Below, in pieces: positions 53,357 to 64,000 of a stretch of 64,000 bases of DNA (positions within the stretch are counted from its first letter, which is position 1; every line of letters begins with the position of its first letter). Made by a program: the position numbers and the translations under genes. A model generated the notes under the pieces. That model had not been told where the DNA came from. It was given only the letters and a program-made list of their open reading frames with translations, and searched no databases. Origin of the DNA: Alphaproteobacteria bacterium (lineage in GTDB: Bacteria > Pseudomonadota > Alphaproteobacteria > MPNO01 > UBA830); NCBI GenBank assembly GCA_964291215.2, contig OZ219790.1, positions 1,632,001 through 1,696,000 of the forward strand. Reading direction: 5' to 3'.

Positions 53357-54445
53357 TCACCTCAGCTTCAGGGTAGCCAAGCCGACGAGGGCGAGGATGG
53401 TCGCGATGATCCAGAACCGGATCACGATCGTCGATTCTGCCCACCCCTTCTGCTCGAAATGATGATGGAGCGGCGCCATGCGGAAAACGCGCCGGCCGGT
53501 GAGTCTGAACGACACCACCTGCACGATCACGGAGATTGTCTCGAGCACGAACAGCCCGCCAATGACCGCAAGCACAAGCTCGTGCTTGGTCACCACGCTC
53601 ACGGCGCCGAGCGCACCGCCGATGGAGAGCGAACCGGTGTCGCCCATGAACACGGTAGCCGGAGGGGCGTTGAACCACAGGAACCCGAGGCCGGCGCCGA
53701 CCAGGGCGCCGCAAAACACAGCCAGCTCGCCGGCGCCGCGTACGAAATGAATCTGCAAGTAGCCGGAAAATACGAAGTTGCCCGCGAGATAGGCGATAAG
53801 GGCAAAGCAGGCGGCCGCAATCAGCGCCGGCATGATCGCGAGGCCGTCGAGGCCGTCGGTCAGGTTGACCGCGTTGGCGGAGCCAACCAGGACGAGGACG
53901 GCCCACGGAACGAAGAACCAGCCGAGCGGCAGGAGGACATCCTTCAGGAACGGCACCGCGAGGCCGGTCGACAGCGGCGCCGGGGTCAGGTGCATGATCC
54001 ACAGCGCGCCGCCGCCACCGGCGGCAACAAGCGCGAGGAGCTTTGTCCGCCCGCGCAGCCCATCGCTCGAGTTCCGGGTCAGCTTCAGGTAGTCGTCGAC
54101 GAAACCGACGGCGCCGAATCCCAAGGTGACGAAGAGCACCGCCCACACATAGGCGTTGGCGAGATCGGCCCACAGGAGGGTCGCGATGCCAATCGCGAGC
54201 AAAATCAGCACGCCGCCCATGGTCGGCGTCCCCTTCTTGGTGATCAGATGGCCAGCCGGGCCGTCGAGGCGGATCGGCTGGCCCGCACCCTGGTATTGCC
54301 TGAGGCGGCGGATGACGGCCGGGCCGAGAACGAAGCTGACGAACAGCGCGGTCACGATCGCTCCGCCCGTCCGCAGCGTGATGTAGCGGAACAGGTTGAA
54401 CGGCCCGAACTCATCGGCCAACGGGAACAGCAGGTTATAGAGCAC
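53357..54445 (-). CDS. mraY: Phospho-MurNAc-pentapeptide transferase
   Basis: [36 protein letters not shown]. Confidence 0.97.
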   Translation of the reverse strand: MLYNLLFPLADEFGPFNLFRYITLRTGGAIVTALFVSFVLGPAVIRRLRQYQGAGQPIRLDGPAGHLITKKGTPTMGGVLILLAIGIATLLWADLANAYVWAVLFVTLGFGAVGFVDDYLKLTRNSSDGLRGRTKLLALVAAGGGGALWIMHLTPAPLSTGLAVPFLKDVLLPLGWFFVPWAVLVLVGSANAVNLTDGLDGLAIMPALIAAACFALIAYLAGNFVFSGYLQIHFVRGAGELAVFCGALVGAGLGFLWFNAPPATVFMGDTGSLSIGGALGAVSVVTKHELVLAVIGGLFVLETISVIVQVVSFRLTGRRVFRMAPLHHHFEQKGWAESTIVIRFWIIATILALVGLATLKLR

Positions 54446-55871
54446 GACCCGACACCCTCATTTGCCGATCCGCAGCCGCCGGATTCGCGTTTTCCACGAT
54501 GGCGTCGACGACGCGCGACAGGCCTACCGCATTCGAGGCCTTGACGGTCACGATGTCGCCGCCCTGCAGATTGTCGACGAGGCCGGACACAATGTCGTCG
54601 ACCCGGTCGGCAACGAGACCGAGACGGCCGGCATCCAGCACCTCGGCCAGCGCGCGCATCTCGCGACCGACGAGATGGACGAGGTCGATTCCGTTACGCT
54701 CGATGTCGGCGCCGAGATCGCCGTGCGCCTGGCGTGAGACGCCGCCGAGTTCGAGCATGTCGCCGAGGACGGCGATACGCCGGCCGCCGGCCGGGGTCAT
54801 GGCGCCGAGGGTGGCCAGCGCCGCTCGCATCGAGTCGGGGTTGGCGTTGTAGCTGTCGTCCACGAGCCTAAGCTCGCCGTCTCCCCAGCGCAGGGTATGG
54901 ACCATGCCACGCCCCGGGAGCGCAGGCAGCGTGGGCAGCGCGGCGGCGGCCTCGCGCATGCTGGCACCGAGGCCGTGGACGGCGCACAGCACGGCCAGCG
55001 CGTTGCACGCCCAGTGTGCCGCGGGCTGGCCGACCCGGAATTCGAGGCGTTCTCCGCGCCACGACGCGCTGACATCGAGCCCGTTCCGGTCGGAGCGGGC
55101 GGCGATGAGGCGCAGGTCGGCATCCGGGTGCCTGCCGAAACCGACCGTCTCGGCCGCACCGGCAGCACGCGCGGCATCCGTGAGCAGCTCGTGAAACGGG
55201 GTGTCGAGATTGATCACCGCGATACCGCCATCAAGTCCGGTGAAGATCTCCGCCTTGGCGCGGGCGATGGCCTCGAGCGAATCGAAATACGCCCTGTGCG
55301 CAGGAGCGACGGCGGTCACGACCGCGACCCGGGGCGCGGCAAGCGCCACGAGGGGCACGATTTCCCCGGGACCGCTCATCCCGATCTCGAAGACTCCGAA
55401 AGCGGCGTCCCGGCGCATGCGGGCGAGCGACAGCGGGACGCCCCAGCAGTTGTTGAGGCTGTGCTCGCTCGATGCGGTCGCGCCCTGGGCACCAAGCACA
55501 TGGGCCAGCGCCTCCTTGACGCTGGTCTTGCCGACGCTTCCGGTCACCGCGGCAATGCGGGCGCCGGTTCTCCGGCGGGCGGCACGGGCGAGGCCGTTCA
55601 GCGCTTCGAGCGTGTCGTCGACGACAAGCACCGGGCCGCTGCCCGGCTCTACCGGCGGCGTCGACACCACCGCGGCGGCTGCACCGGCCGCGAACGCCGG
55701 TTTGACGAAGGCGTGGCCGTCAAGGCTGGGACCCCGGATGGCCACGAACAGGTCGCCTTCCTGCAGGGTTCTCGAATCGATGGAGACGCCGGTCGCCCGC
55801 CACCGGCCCGACGACCGGCCGCCGGTCGCCACCTCGGCCTGTTTCGATTCCCAGAGGGCGGAGCCTGTCAT
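54435..55871 (-). CDS. murF: MurF ligase
   Basis: [31 protein letters not shown]. Confidence 0.95.
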   Translation of the reverse strand: MTGSALWESKQAEVATGGRSSGRWRATGVSIDSRTLQEGDLFVAIRGPSLDGHAFVKPAFAAGAAAAVVSTPPVEPGSGPVLVVDDTLEALNGLARAARRRTGARIAAVTGSVGKTSVKEALAHVLGAQGATASSEHSLNNCWGVPLSLARMRRDAAFGVFEIGMSGPGEIVPLVALAAPRVAVVTAVAPAHRAYFDSLEAIARAKAEIFTGLDGGIAVINLDTPFHELLTDAARAAGAAETVGFGRHPDADLRLIAARSDRNGLDVSASWRGERLEFRVGQPAAHWACNALAVLCAVHGLGASMREAAAALPTLPALPGRGMVHTLRWGDGELRLVDDSYNANPDSMRAALATLGAMTPAGGRRIAVLGDMLELGGVSRQAHGDLGADIERNGIDLVHLVGREMRALAEVLDAGRLGLVADRVDDIVSGLVDNLQGGDIVTVKASNAVGLSRVVDAIVENANPAAADRQMRVSGRAL

Positions 55872-57331
55872 TGCGCCGTCCCCCCCGAGGCCGCGACGGC
55901 CACGCGCGCAACCTCCGCATCATCGAAGGGGACGACCGTCGTGCCGACGATCTGGCCGGTTTCATGACCCTTGCCGGCCACCACCAGCATGTCGCCGGCC
56001 CCGAGCCGGCGCACGCCCTCCGCAATCGCCTCGGCGCGGTCTCCGATCTCGGTCGCATCCGGCACCGCAGCAAGGATCTCGGAGCGGATCGACGCGGCAT
56101 CCTCGGTGCGCGGATTGTCGTCGGTAACGATGACGGCATCGGCCAGCGAGGCGGCAACCCTGCCCATCATCGGCCGCTTGCCCGGATCGCGGTCGCCGCC
56201 GCAGCCGAACACCGCGACGAGGCGCCTGGCGCCGTGGGCGCGCAGCGCCCCGAGGACGGCACCGAGCGCGTCCGGCGTGTGCGCGTAGTCGACAAAGACC
56301 GGCGCCCCGCCGGCGCTGCGCGCAACCAGCTGCATGCGACCGCGGATTCCCGCAAGTCTGGTGCAATGATCGAGAACGGTCTCCGGGTCCGCACCGGTGG
56401 CCACGACCAGCCCTGCGGCGCAGACGGCGTTGCGAACTTGGAACTCCCCGACGAGCGGGATCTCAACACTCGTCGCGCGGCCGAACACCTCGATCTCGAG
56501 AACGTGACCGCAGGGCGACGGCGCGATGCTGGCGAACCGGAGATCGCAGCCCTTGCGGCCATAGGACATGACCGAGCCGCGGACACCCGCCGAAACCGGC
56601 TCAAATTCGGGAATGTCGGCATTCAGGACGGCGACGCCGTCCAGATCCAGGAGCTCCTCGAACAGGCGCCGCTTGGCTGCAAGATACAGCGCCGGCGTCG
56701 CGTGGTAATCGAGATGGTCGCGCGAGAAGCTGGTAAATCCGGCAGCCTTGAGCCGGACGCCGTCCAGGCGTCTCTGGTCGAGGCCGTGGCTCGAGGCCTC
56801 GAGCGCAACGCACTCCACGCCGTTCCGCGCGAGATCCGCAAGGCAACCATGCAGCGCGACCGGCTCGGGCGTGGTCAGGTCGGGATCAGAGGTCCCCGCG
56901 GGCCCGCACACCCCGAGAGTGCCGATGCTCGCCGCAGCGCGGCCCTGCATCGACCAGAGCTGCTGCGTGAAGCAAGTGACCGAGGTCTTGCCGTTGGTCC
57001 CGGTGACGGCGACTGCCGTGTCCGGCTGGCGGCCGGCGTGGGCGGCGGCGATCCTGGCGAGGCTCGCACGGACATCCGGCGAGGTAAGCAGGACGACGCG
57101 GTCGTCCTCGAGCGCAGTTCCGTCGGGAGCAAGCACCGCCCGTGCGCCGCGTGCGATCGCATCGGCGATAAAGCGGCGCCCGTCGGTGCAGGTCCCGGGC
57201 AGGGCGGCAAACAGGAAACCCGGCGCGACATCGCGGGAGTCGGCCGCGATTCCGGTGATCTCCGGACCGCCGGCGCTGTCCGCCATCCTGTCGCGCTCCC
57301 CGGCCCGCTCAATGAGCTCAGCGAGACGCAA
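55868..57331 (-). CDS. murE: MurE ligase (meso-DAP)
   Basis: TGTNGKTS, EASSHGL, VDYAHTPD, DDNPR, AGKGHE. Confidence 0.95.
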   Translation of the reverse strand: MRLAELIERAGERDRMADSAGGPEITGIAADSRDVAPGFLFAALPGTCTDGRRFIADAIARGARAVLAPDGTALEDDRVVLLTSPDVRASLARIAAAHAGRQPDTAVAVTGTNGKTSVTCFTQQLWSMQGRAAASIGTLGVCGPAGTSDPDLTTPEPVALHGCLADLARNGVECVALEASSHGLDQRRLDGVRLKAAGFTSFSRDHLDYHATPALYLAAKRRLFEELLDLDGVAVLNADIPEFEPVSAGVRGSVMSYGRKGCDLRFASIAPSPCGHVLEIEVFGRATSVEIPLVGEFQVRNAVCAAGLVVATGADPETVLDHCTRLAGIRGRMQLVARSAGGAPVFVDYAHTPDALGAVLGALRAHGARRLVAVFGCGGDRDPGKRPMMGRVAASLADAVIVTDDNPRTEDAASIRSEILAAVPDATEIGDRAEAIAEGVRRLGAGDMLVVAGKGHETGQIVGTTVVPFDDAEVARVAVAASGGTAQ

Positions 57332-59021
57332 CCTGGCGCCCTCCGTCGAGATCGAGCGCCAGCGCCGTCCTGGCGCTGTCGTTGCCGTCGACTGGCAGGA
57401 CTCCGAGGATCGGGGCGATGCGTTCGATGACCGACCTTGCTGTCGGCACCGCGACCCATCCGCCGGTGGCGCGGCCGTAGGTCTCCGCATTGCCCTTCGG
57501 CTCGTCGAGCATGATGTGGATCACGTAGCGGGGATCGTGCATTGGGAACACGCCGACGAACGACGACAGCAGAGACGACTTCCTGTAGCCGCCTCCGGAC
57601 GCCTTCTCGGTCGTCCCGGTCTTGCCGCCGATCAGGTAGCCCGAGTTGCCGGCCTTGCTGGCCGTGCCCTTCTCGACGACGAGCCGCAGCAGGCGCCTCA
57701 TATGGTCCGATGTCGTCGGCGAGACGACGCGGCGCCCGGCTTCGGCCTGCGCTTCCTCGCGCCTGAGAAGCGTCGGATCGCGATAGATGCCGCCATTGAC
57801 CACCGCCGACACCCCGGCGACGACATGCACCGGGCTGACCGCGAGTCCGTAGCCATACGATATCGTGATCGAGTTTATCGCCCGCCAGCGGGGCGGCGAC
57901 ATCGGCGTCCCGAGCTCAGAGAATTCGAGCTGGATTGGCTTCAGCATTCCCAGTCTCGACATGAACTCGAGATGCCGGTCGAGCCCGACGGCGCGCGCCA
58001 TCCGGGCCGTGCCGATGTTCGACGAGTAGGCAAAGATCTCGGTGACCGAGAGCCAGCGATTCCTGGGGTGATAGTCCTTGACCAGATACCTCGCCACGCG
58101 CAGCGGCTTGGTCGCGTCATAACGGTCCTGGAGGCCGGCGGTGCCGGTGTCCAGAGCCATCGCCGTCGTGAATATCTTGAACGTCGAGCCCATCTCGTAG
58201 ATGCCGAGCGTGGTACGGTTGAAACGCACCTTCTCGTCGGCGGCATCGGGGGTATGGGGGCTGAAGGTCGGAAGCGAGACCATGGCGACGATCTCCGCAG
58301 TGTCGACATCCATGACCAGTCCGGATCCGCCGATCGCCCGGAACTTCTCAAGCGCGCGTCCCAGTTCGCTCGCCACCGCATGCTGCACGCGGACGTCAAT
58401 GGAAAGCGCAAGGCCGTCGCCGCCGGCACGCAGCGCCTCATCGAAGTGGCTCTCGATTCCTGCAAGACCGCGCCCGTCGATGTCGGTGAACCCGACCACA
58501 TGGCTGGTGAGCGAACCCAGCGGATAGATGCGCCGGGATTCCTTGCGGAACGCAAGGCCCGGTATGCCCATGCGGTTGACGCTGTAGTGCTGGTTGGGTG
58601 TCAGATGCCGGCGCAACCACACGAATCCGCGGTCGGAAGCGAGTTTTCGCTCGACCGCCCCGCGGTCAAGTCCGGGCAACGCGCCGGCCAGCTGCTCCGC
58701 CACTTTCCGGGGATTGCGGATCCTGCGGGGATCGGCGATGAGCGAGGCCGAAGCCAGGCTCGATGCGAGGAGCGTACCGTTGCGGTCGACGATGGCGGCG
58801 CGGACCGCCGCCGGTCCGGGGCCGGAGACCGGACGCGCCGGCTCCCCGGCGTGGCGCTGGCCGCCGTCACGGGAAAACAGGCTGACATCGACGAGGCGGA
58901 CAGCAGTGACCAGGAATGCGGCAAGGAACAGGGTGCCGACCAGGAGAATCCGGTTGCGGGACGTATCGAGCGCGGCCTTCCAGTAACCGTCGAGGCGAGT
59001 CTTCCGGGATAGATCGATCAT
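57318..59021 (-). CDS. ftsI: Penicillin-binding protein FtsI/PBP3
   Basis: GSTFK (SxxK), SSN (SxN) and GKTGT (KTG) motifs; dcw position. Confidence 0.93.
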   Translation of the reverse strand: MIDLSRKTRLDGYWKAALDTSRNRILLVGTLFLAAFLVTAVRLVDVSLFSRDGGQRHAGEPARPVSGPGPAAVRAAIVDRNGTLLASSLASASLIADPRRIRNPRKVAEQLAGALPGLDRGAVERKLASDRGFVWLRRHLTPNQHYSVNRMGIPGLAFRKESRRIYPLGSLTSHVVGFTDIDGRGLAGIESHFDEALRAGGDGLALSIDVRVQHAVASELGRALEKFRAIGGSGLVMDVDTAEIVAMVSLPTFSPHTPDAADEKVRFNRTTLGIYEMGSTFKIFTTAMALDTGTAGLQDRYDATKPLRVARYLVKDYHPRNRWLSVTEIFAYSSNIGTARMARAVGLDRHLEFMSRLGMLKPIQLEFSELGTPMSPPRWRAINSITISYGYGLAVSPVHVVAGVSAVVNGGIYRDPTLLRREEAQAEAGRRVVSPTTSDHMRRLLRLVVEKGTASKAGNSGYLIGGKTGTTEKASGGGYRKSSLLSSFVGVFPMHDPRYVIHIMLDEPKGNAETYGRATGGWVAVPTARSVIERIAPILGVLPVDGNDSARTALALDLDGGRQVASR

Positions 59022-59365
59022 GGCGAATTCCTCGATACGGGCTGGGCGGAAACGGTCGGCGTACGTGCCGCCGCGCCGCGCCGCTCCCGCTTGCCGTCGG
59101 CAAGGAAGCCCTCGATGGTGCGGATCTGCTCGGATCTGGGTGCATCCAGTCCAAGCAGGCGGCGCCCGAGATCCTCGAGCCGGGACGGCTGGTTGAGGTG
59201 GGTCCATTCGGCGTCCAGCACCGCGATTGCCCCGCGCTCGGTCGCAATCTCGGCGTGCACGCCGTGCAACTCTTCCTCGAGTTCCTTCACGTTCTGCTTC
59301 ACGACGAAGATCGTGACGGCCGTCGCTATGACAAATACAGTCCAGAGGGCGGTTGCAGGTCGCAT
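59018..59365 (-). CDS. ftsL: Cell division protein FtsL
   Basis: TM segment plus coiled coil, L.AEW.HLN.P.RL; between rsmH and ftsI. Confidence 0.85.
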   Translation of the reverse strand: MRPATALWTVFVIATAVTIFVVKQNVKELEEELHGVHAEIATERGAIAVLDAEWTHLNQPSRLEDLGRRLLGLDAPRSEQIRTIEGFLADGKRERRGAAARTPTVSAQPVSRNSP

Positions 59366-59388
59366 GTCTTCGCTTCCGTTTTTCTCGG

Positions 59389-60339
59389 TCACTCGTCTGC
59401 CAGGCGCTCGGCAATCCGAAGCCGGGCCGAGCGCGCACGCGGGTTGCGCCGGATTTCCTCCTGAGACGGCTTGCGCGCGCCGCCGCGGCACGGCCTGAAG
59501 GTCGGCCTTTCCGTAGCTTGGGGAAGCGCCGGTGCATGGCGCGAGACGGATCGCCGGACCCCCGACCGCTTGCGGAGGAAGCGCTTGACCAGCCTGTCCT
59601 CGAGCGAATGAAACGAGATCACGGCGAGACAGCCGCCGGGCGCGAGAACCACTTCGGCGGCGCAAAGTCCGCGCCCGAGTTCCTCGATTTCCCGGTTGAT
59701 AACGATGCGAATCGCCTGAAATGTGCGCGTGGCGGGGTCCAGGCGCTGATGACCGGCAGTGCCGTGGGCGGTACGGACGATGGCGGCGAGCTGTCCAGTC
59801 GTCGTGATGCGCCGACGCCCGCGTGCGTCGGCGATCGCCGCCGCGATCCGCCGCGCACGGCGTTCGCCGCCAAAACGGAAAATGACGTCCGCAAGCGCCG
59901 CCTCATCGGCATCGTTGACGAAATCCTCGGCGCTCGCGCCGCACGATTCCTGGCGCATGTCGAGAGGGCCATCATGGCGAAAGCTGAAGCCGCGGGCCGG
60001 ATCGGTCAGCTGCATCGCGGATACGCCGAGATCGAGCGCAATGCCATCGACCCTGGTCACGCCGCGTTCGGCGAGGAGTTCGTCCATGTCGCCGAAGCGC
60101 CCCTCCATCACTGCGAGCCGTCCATCGAACTCGCGGACCAGTTTAGCGCCGCGCGCCGCTGCTTCGGGATCCCTGTCGATGGCCCAGACAGCGCAGTCGG
60201 CGGCGTTCAGGATGGCTCTGCTGTGCCCGCCGCCACCGAACGTGCCGTCGACATAGCAGCCGCGGTCGCGGGGGCGCAGCGCCTCGAGCATCTCCGCCAC
60301 CATCACCGGCTCGTGATGATCTGCGGCGCCGGCCGTCAT
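59389..60339 (-). CDS. rsmH: 16S rRNA m4C1402 methyltransferase
   Basis: DGTFGGGGHS, DLGVS..QL, GPLDMR, SFHSLEDR, NPRARSA. Confidence 0.96.
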   Translation of the reverse strand: MTAGAADHHEPVMVAEMLEALRPRDRGCYVDGTFGGGGHSRAILNAADCAVWAIDRDPEAAARGAKLVREFDGRLAVMEGRFGDMDELLAERGVTRVDGIALDLGVSAMQLTDPARGFSFRHDGPLDMRQESCGASAEDFVNDADEAALADVIFRFGGERRARRIAAAIADARGRRRITTTGQLAAIVRTAHGTAGHQRLDPATRTFQAIRIVINREIEELGRGLCAAEVVLAPGGCLAVISFHSLEDRLVKRFLRKRSGVRRSVSRHAPALPQATERPTFRPCRGGARKPSQEEIRRNPRARSARLRIAERLADE

Positions 60340-60809
60340 TTGCCGTCCTCCGTGGCCAGCCGGTCACGCAGCGTCTCGAGCGCGGACTCGAGCTGCTTGC
60401 TGTGATTCTCGGGGGACCAGATCTGGATGCGGTTGCCCCGACCCGTGAAGGTCGCGCGTCCGTCGATTTCGGCATGCGCCAAGAGGTGGGACGGGAGCAA
60501 CACCCTTCCGTCGTTGTCGATCAGCAGGGGCGTAGCCAGCCCCATCATCGTCTCGACAACGGAATCCTTGTGATCCCCGAACAGGACGCGCTCGAATTCG
60601 CCCTCCTCGACATTCCGATCCGTGCGTTGCTGCATGAGCCTGTCGAATACCGTCTTCGGCAGGCTCTCGATTGATTTCTGCCGGGGCGAGGGATAGGCGA
60701 CCAGTTCGCGGCAGCCGAAATCAGCAAGCCTGTCCCGAAACTGGGCAGGCACCGAGACCCTGCCCTTGCGGTCGACCCTGTTTTCGTACGTCGAGATAAA
60801 CGAGGTCAC
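60336..60809 (-). CDS. mraZ: Transcriptional regulator MraZ
   Basis: VDRKGRVSVPAQFR, IDNDGRVLLP, QIWSP. Confidence 0.92.
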   Translation of the reverse strand: MTSFISTYENRVDRKGRVSVPAQFRDRLADFGCRELVAYPSPRQKSIESLPKTVFDRLMQQRTDRNVEEGEFERVLFGDHKDSVVETMMGLATPLLIDNDGRVLLPSHLLAHAEIDGRATFTGRGNRIQIWSPENHSKQLESALETLRDRLATEDGK

Positions 60810-60860
60810 AACCTGATCCGCCTCTGTTCATGCAACGGCATGCGAAAGCTGTCATTTTAA

Positions 60861-60906
60861 TATGGGATTTTATGGGTATCAATGCCTGTTCATGGGAAAT
60901 CATGGA
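60861..60906. promoter_or_regulatory. 10-bp-periodic ATGGG repeats upstream of mraZ (probable MraZ operator)
   Basis: ATGGG at 60862, 60872 and 60892, degenerate at 60882 and 60902. MraZ is known to bind phased TGGG-type repeats. Confidence 0.6.
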
Positions 60907-61014
60907 TATTTTTATAGATTGATTTTTTTTATTTGTACTTGTTTTGTTCTAATAGCGGCGTATCGAAACAATGCGCTGCCGCGGCATCGTGCTGCCTGGA
61001 TGGCGGCAGGAGGA

Positions 61015-61377
<363 letters not shown>

Positions 61378-61418
61378 CGCCACAAAGACTGAACCGCGCC
61401 ATCCACCGGGTCAAGTTC

Positions 61419-61600
61419 CACGGTGATCCCACGCTGCTGATCCGGCGACGACTGGCGAGATTTTCTCAGTTTGCGTCGCGCTGCAATCGTGCCGCCAAGG
61501 CTCGATGGGACCTTCTTGGCACGAAACTTGCGATCAAGGAGGCGATCTGTGATGAGCCCCAACGCATTTCGCGTCTCCGAATTAGCATGGGATCGTCGTG
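61419..61600 (+). repeat. MITE-like repeat, copy 3
   Basis: Aligns to 17345-17537 with two short deletions (5 and 6 bp). Confidence 0.85.
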
Positions 61601-61664
61601 GCCGCGTTCCATCGGGGCCCGCCCCTGCCGCCGCATCGAACGCAATCCGGAAACGGAGGCGTCA

Positions 61665-62900
61665 TCACCCCGTGCCCGGCCCTTCCCCGCGCATGACGGT
61701 CAGCGACAGAATGGACAGCGCCGAGCCCAGCGCCATAACGACAAGAGCCGCGGTCCACGCTCCGCCAGAACCGCTTCCTCCCGCCGCGTCGAGCGCGATA
61801 CCAAAGGCAAGGGGGCCCAGCACGCCCCCGGAGAAACCGACAAATGCCTGCACCGCAAGGGTCGCGCCACGGCGCGACGGGTCGGCGGCCGTTATCATGC
61901 CGGCCGATGTCGCCGAATTCCTGCCGTAGGAAACCATGCCGAACAGGATGCAAAGCACAAGCGGAATTTCGTAGCGCATCTCGGCGGTCAGCGCTATCGC
62001 AACGGCGAGGACGAGCGACGCGATGGCAACGCAGACCAGCAGCGCACGACGGTTGAAGCGCACCGCGAGTTCGCCGAACACCATGGCTGCGGGCGGTCCG
62101 ACCAGCGCGACCGCCGTCGCCCAGGCCGCAGCGCTCAGGACAATGTCGCCGTCGCCGGTTCGTTCGGCAAGGAAGACGAAGAAGCTGACCAGCCAGATCC
62201 GGCTCGTGAACACCTCCCAGGCAATGCCGAGGAAAGAGAAGACGTACCCCATCACCGCCCGGTTGCAAAAAACCGGCCGGAAATCGAGCACGGCCCCCCG
62301 CCCCGCCGGGTCGACCCTGGGCGGCGCCGCAGGAAGCGCCGCGGCCACCACAAGCGCGGCCCCGAGAGCGCCGCAGCCGGCGACGGCGAAGGCCCAGTGC
62401 CAGCCGAGCCAGTCGGCAAAGACGCCGCCCGACAGGATCGAGAGGCCGGATCCGAATCCGAAGACCGCAGTATAGTAGGTCACGCCGCGCTGCTGCACCG
62501 GCCCGTCCAGAAGCTGGTCGGCCAGCGCCTTCATGCCGGGAGCATAGGTACCCGCAAGACCGATTCCGGTCAGTATGCGAAACGCGACGCCCGACCACAG
62601 GCCGTCGGCGACAAATCCGAAACCGAAATTCCCGACCGCCCCGACTATCGCCGAGGCCAAGTAGATCCGACGCGGATCAACGCGGTCCGTATAGGCTGTC
62701 AGCACCGGCACGGTCGCGATGTAGCCGAGAAAGAGCGCGCCGCCGAGCCATCCGGCCTCGCTGTTCGACAGCGACCAGTCGCGGCTGATCTCGCCGAGCA
62801 CCGCAGCCGGAGCCATGAAGCCCAGGAGCGAGAGCACGAGAGCGACGCAGAGCGAGGCCACCAGCAGCACGGGAGACCGCGAACTCATTGGCGGCGGCAC
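61665..62900 (-). CDS. MFS transporter
   Basis: About 12 hydrophobic segments, TDRVDPRR motif-A-like loop, GLAGTYAPG. Confidence 0.88.
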   Translation of the reverse strand: MPPPMSSRSPVLLVASLCVALVLSLLGFMAPAAVLGEISRDWSLSNSEAGWLGGALFLGYIATVPVLTAYTDRVDPRRIYLASAIVGAVGNFGFGFVADGLWSGVAFRILTGIGLAGTYAPGMKALADQLLDGPVQQRGVTYYTAVFGFGSGLSILSGGVFADWLGWHWAFAVAGCGALGAALVVAAALPAAPPRVDPAGRGAVLDFRPVFCNRAVMGYVFSFLGIAWEVFTSRIWLVSFFVFLAERTGDGDIVLSAAAWATAVALVGPPAAMVFGELAVRFNRRALLVCVAIASLVLAVAIALTAEMRYEIPLVLCILFGMVSYGRNSATSAGMITAADPSRRGATLAVQAFVGFSGGVLGPLAFGIALDAAGGSGSGGAWTAALVVMALGSALSILSLTVMRGEGPGTG

Positions 62901-62938
62901 CCGTCTCCGGTACGGCCGGTCATGATCTTGCCACCGGC

Positions 62939-63931
62939 CTAGCCGTCAACCGCGACCACGATCTTGCCGAGCGCCGAGCCCGCTTCCATCATCGCGTGCG
63001 CCTCGCGGATCTCCTCGAACCGGAACACCTGTTGCAGCGAACTCCGGTAGATGCCGCGCTCCAGGCCCTTGAGGAAAGCCTGCAGCGACGCGGCGTCCAT
63101 CGGCGTCTGCGAACTCGAGAAATACGTCAATCTTGTCGTCGACGGGATCTCGGCGCCCGGGGAAAACTCCCTGAGCGTCCACTCCCCGCCCAGGATGCCC
63201 GCCATGCAGAGCGTTCCGCCGGTCCTGATGCAGGCAAACGAGTCGACGAGGACGGCCGTTCCGACGAGATCGAACATCTTGTCGACGCCATCAGCGACGA
63301 TTTCGCGGACGGAGGGTGCGATCCTGCCATCGTCGATCAGGACATGTTCCGCGCCGAACTCCCGCAGCCGTTCCCCGGCGGCGCAGCGGCGGGATGTCGA
63401 GAGAACCTTCACCCCTCGGACCCGTGCATAGTCGGCAGCCATCAGCCCTACCGCCGACGTCCCGCCCCTGATCAACAGCGTGTCGCCCGCCGCTATGCCG
63501 AGGCCGAGTTCCAGCGCGCCCCACGCGGTATGGAAGGTCTCCGGCACAGCGGCGAGCGCGGGCCAATCGAGCGACGTGTCAACGACATGAACGCTCGCGC
63601 TCGGCACGGAGACGTACTCGGCATAGGATCCGTCATATTCTCGGCCCATGCCGCCAGTGGTCGCAACGACCTTCTGTCCAGGCGTGAACGGCGTCCCGGG
63701 CGCGGCCTCGACCTCGCCGGCGCACTCGATACCCAGCACGCGGGGAAACTTGACAGTGGGCGAATGCCCGAGACGCGTATAGAGTTCTCCGCGATTGAGG
63801 CCGAAGGCCTTGACGCGGATCAGCACCCGCCCTTCGCGCACCGGCGGCCGCGGCCAGTCGCCGCGCAGTTCAAGCACGTCCGCGCCGCCGGCCCTCTCGA
63901 CAACGATCGCGCGCATCCCGTCCGATGTCAT
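62939..63931 (-). CDS. MDR family (quinone oxidoreductase-like) dehydrogenase
   Basis: VKAFGLNR, VLGIECAG, GSYAEY, IRGGTSAVG, GKIVV. Confidence 0.88.
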   Translation of the reverse strand: MTSDGMRAIVVERAGGADVLELRGDWPRPPVREGRVLIRVKAFGLNRGELYTRLGHSPTVKFPRVLGIECAGEVEAAPGTPFTPGQKVVATTGGMGREYDGSYAEYVSVPSASVHVVDTSLDWPALAAVPETFHTAWGALELGLGIAAGDTLLIRGGTSAVGLMAADYARVRGVKVLSTSRRCAAGERLREFGAEHVLIDDGRIAPSVREIVADGVDKMFDLVGTAVLVDSFACIRTGGTLCMAGILGGEWTLREFSPGAEIPSTTRLTYFSSSQTPMDAASLQAFLKGLERGIYRSSLQQVFRFEEIREAHAMMEAGSALGKIVVAVDG

Positions 63932-64000
63932 CCCGCCCCCGTCTCTGCGCCCTCGGGATCTTCCCCGCAGCAGCACCCAGGATAGCATCGAGAGGGGTTT

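Overview
GC-rich alphaproteobacterial chromosome segment (Rhodospirillales-like gene order). The intact backbone has a small-molecule catabolic block (GMC oxidoreductase, SDR, Bug/TctC binding protein, two amidohydrolases, VOC, ornithine-cyclodeaminase-like, cupin), tRNA-Arg and tRNA-Thr, mlaC/mlaA, uvrD-prmA-(insert)-aminopeptidase P, a UbiD-family decarboxylase, ligA-recN-bamD-lpxC, the complete dcw cluster (mraZ to ftsZ), rnpB, an MFS transporter and an MDR oxidoreductase. The most unusual part is three blocks of mobile DNA (17567-25188, 27563-31937, ~34535-36152). Two blocks are bracketed by inward-facing IS66-type left ends, most of which carry a sigma70-like promoter. One of them has a perfect 8-bp target duplication. 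Their content is nested: three group II introns, a large serine recombinase element integrated in an intron RT motif, IS66 with a DNA-methylase passenger, and IS256, IS1634, ISAzo13, NYN and autotransporter remnants. The longer mobile remnants, and one copy of a three-copy MITE, carry many short, often microhomology-flanked deletions. Some of these recur at the same position in diverged paralogs, while neighbouring core genes are intact. Family assignments come from motifs recognised by eye, not from database searches.
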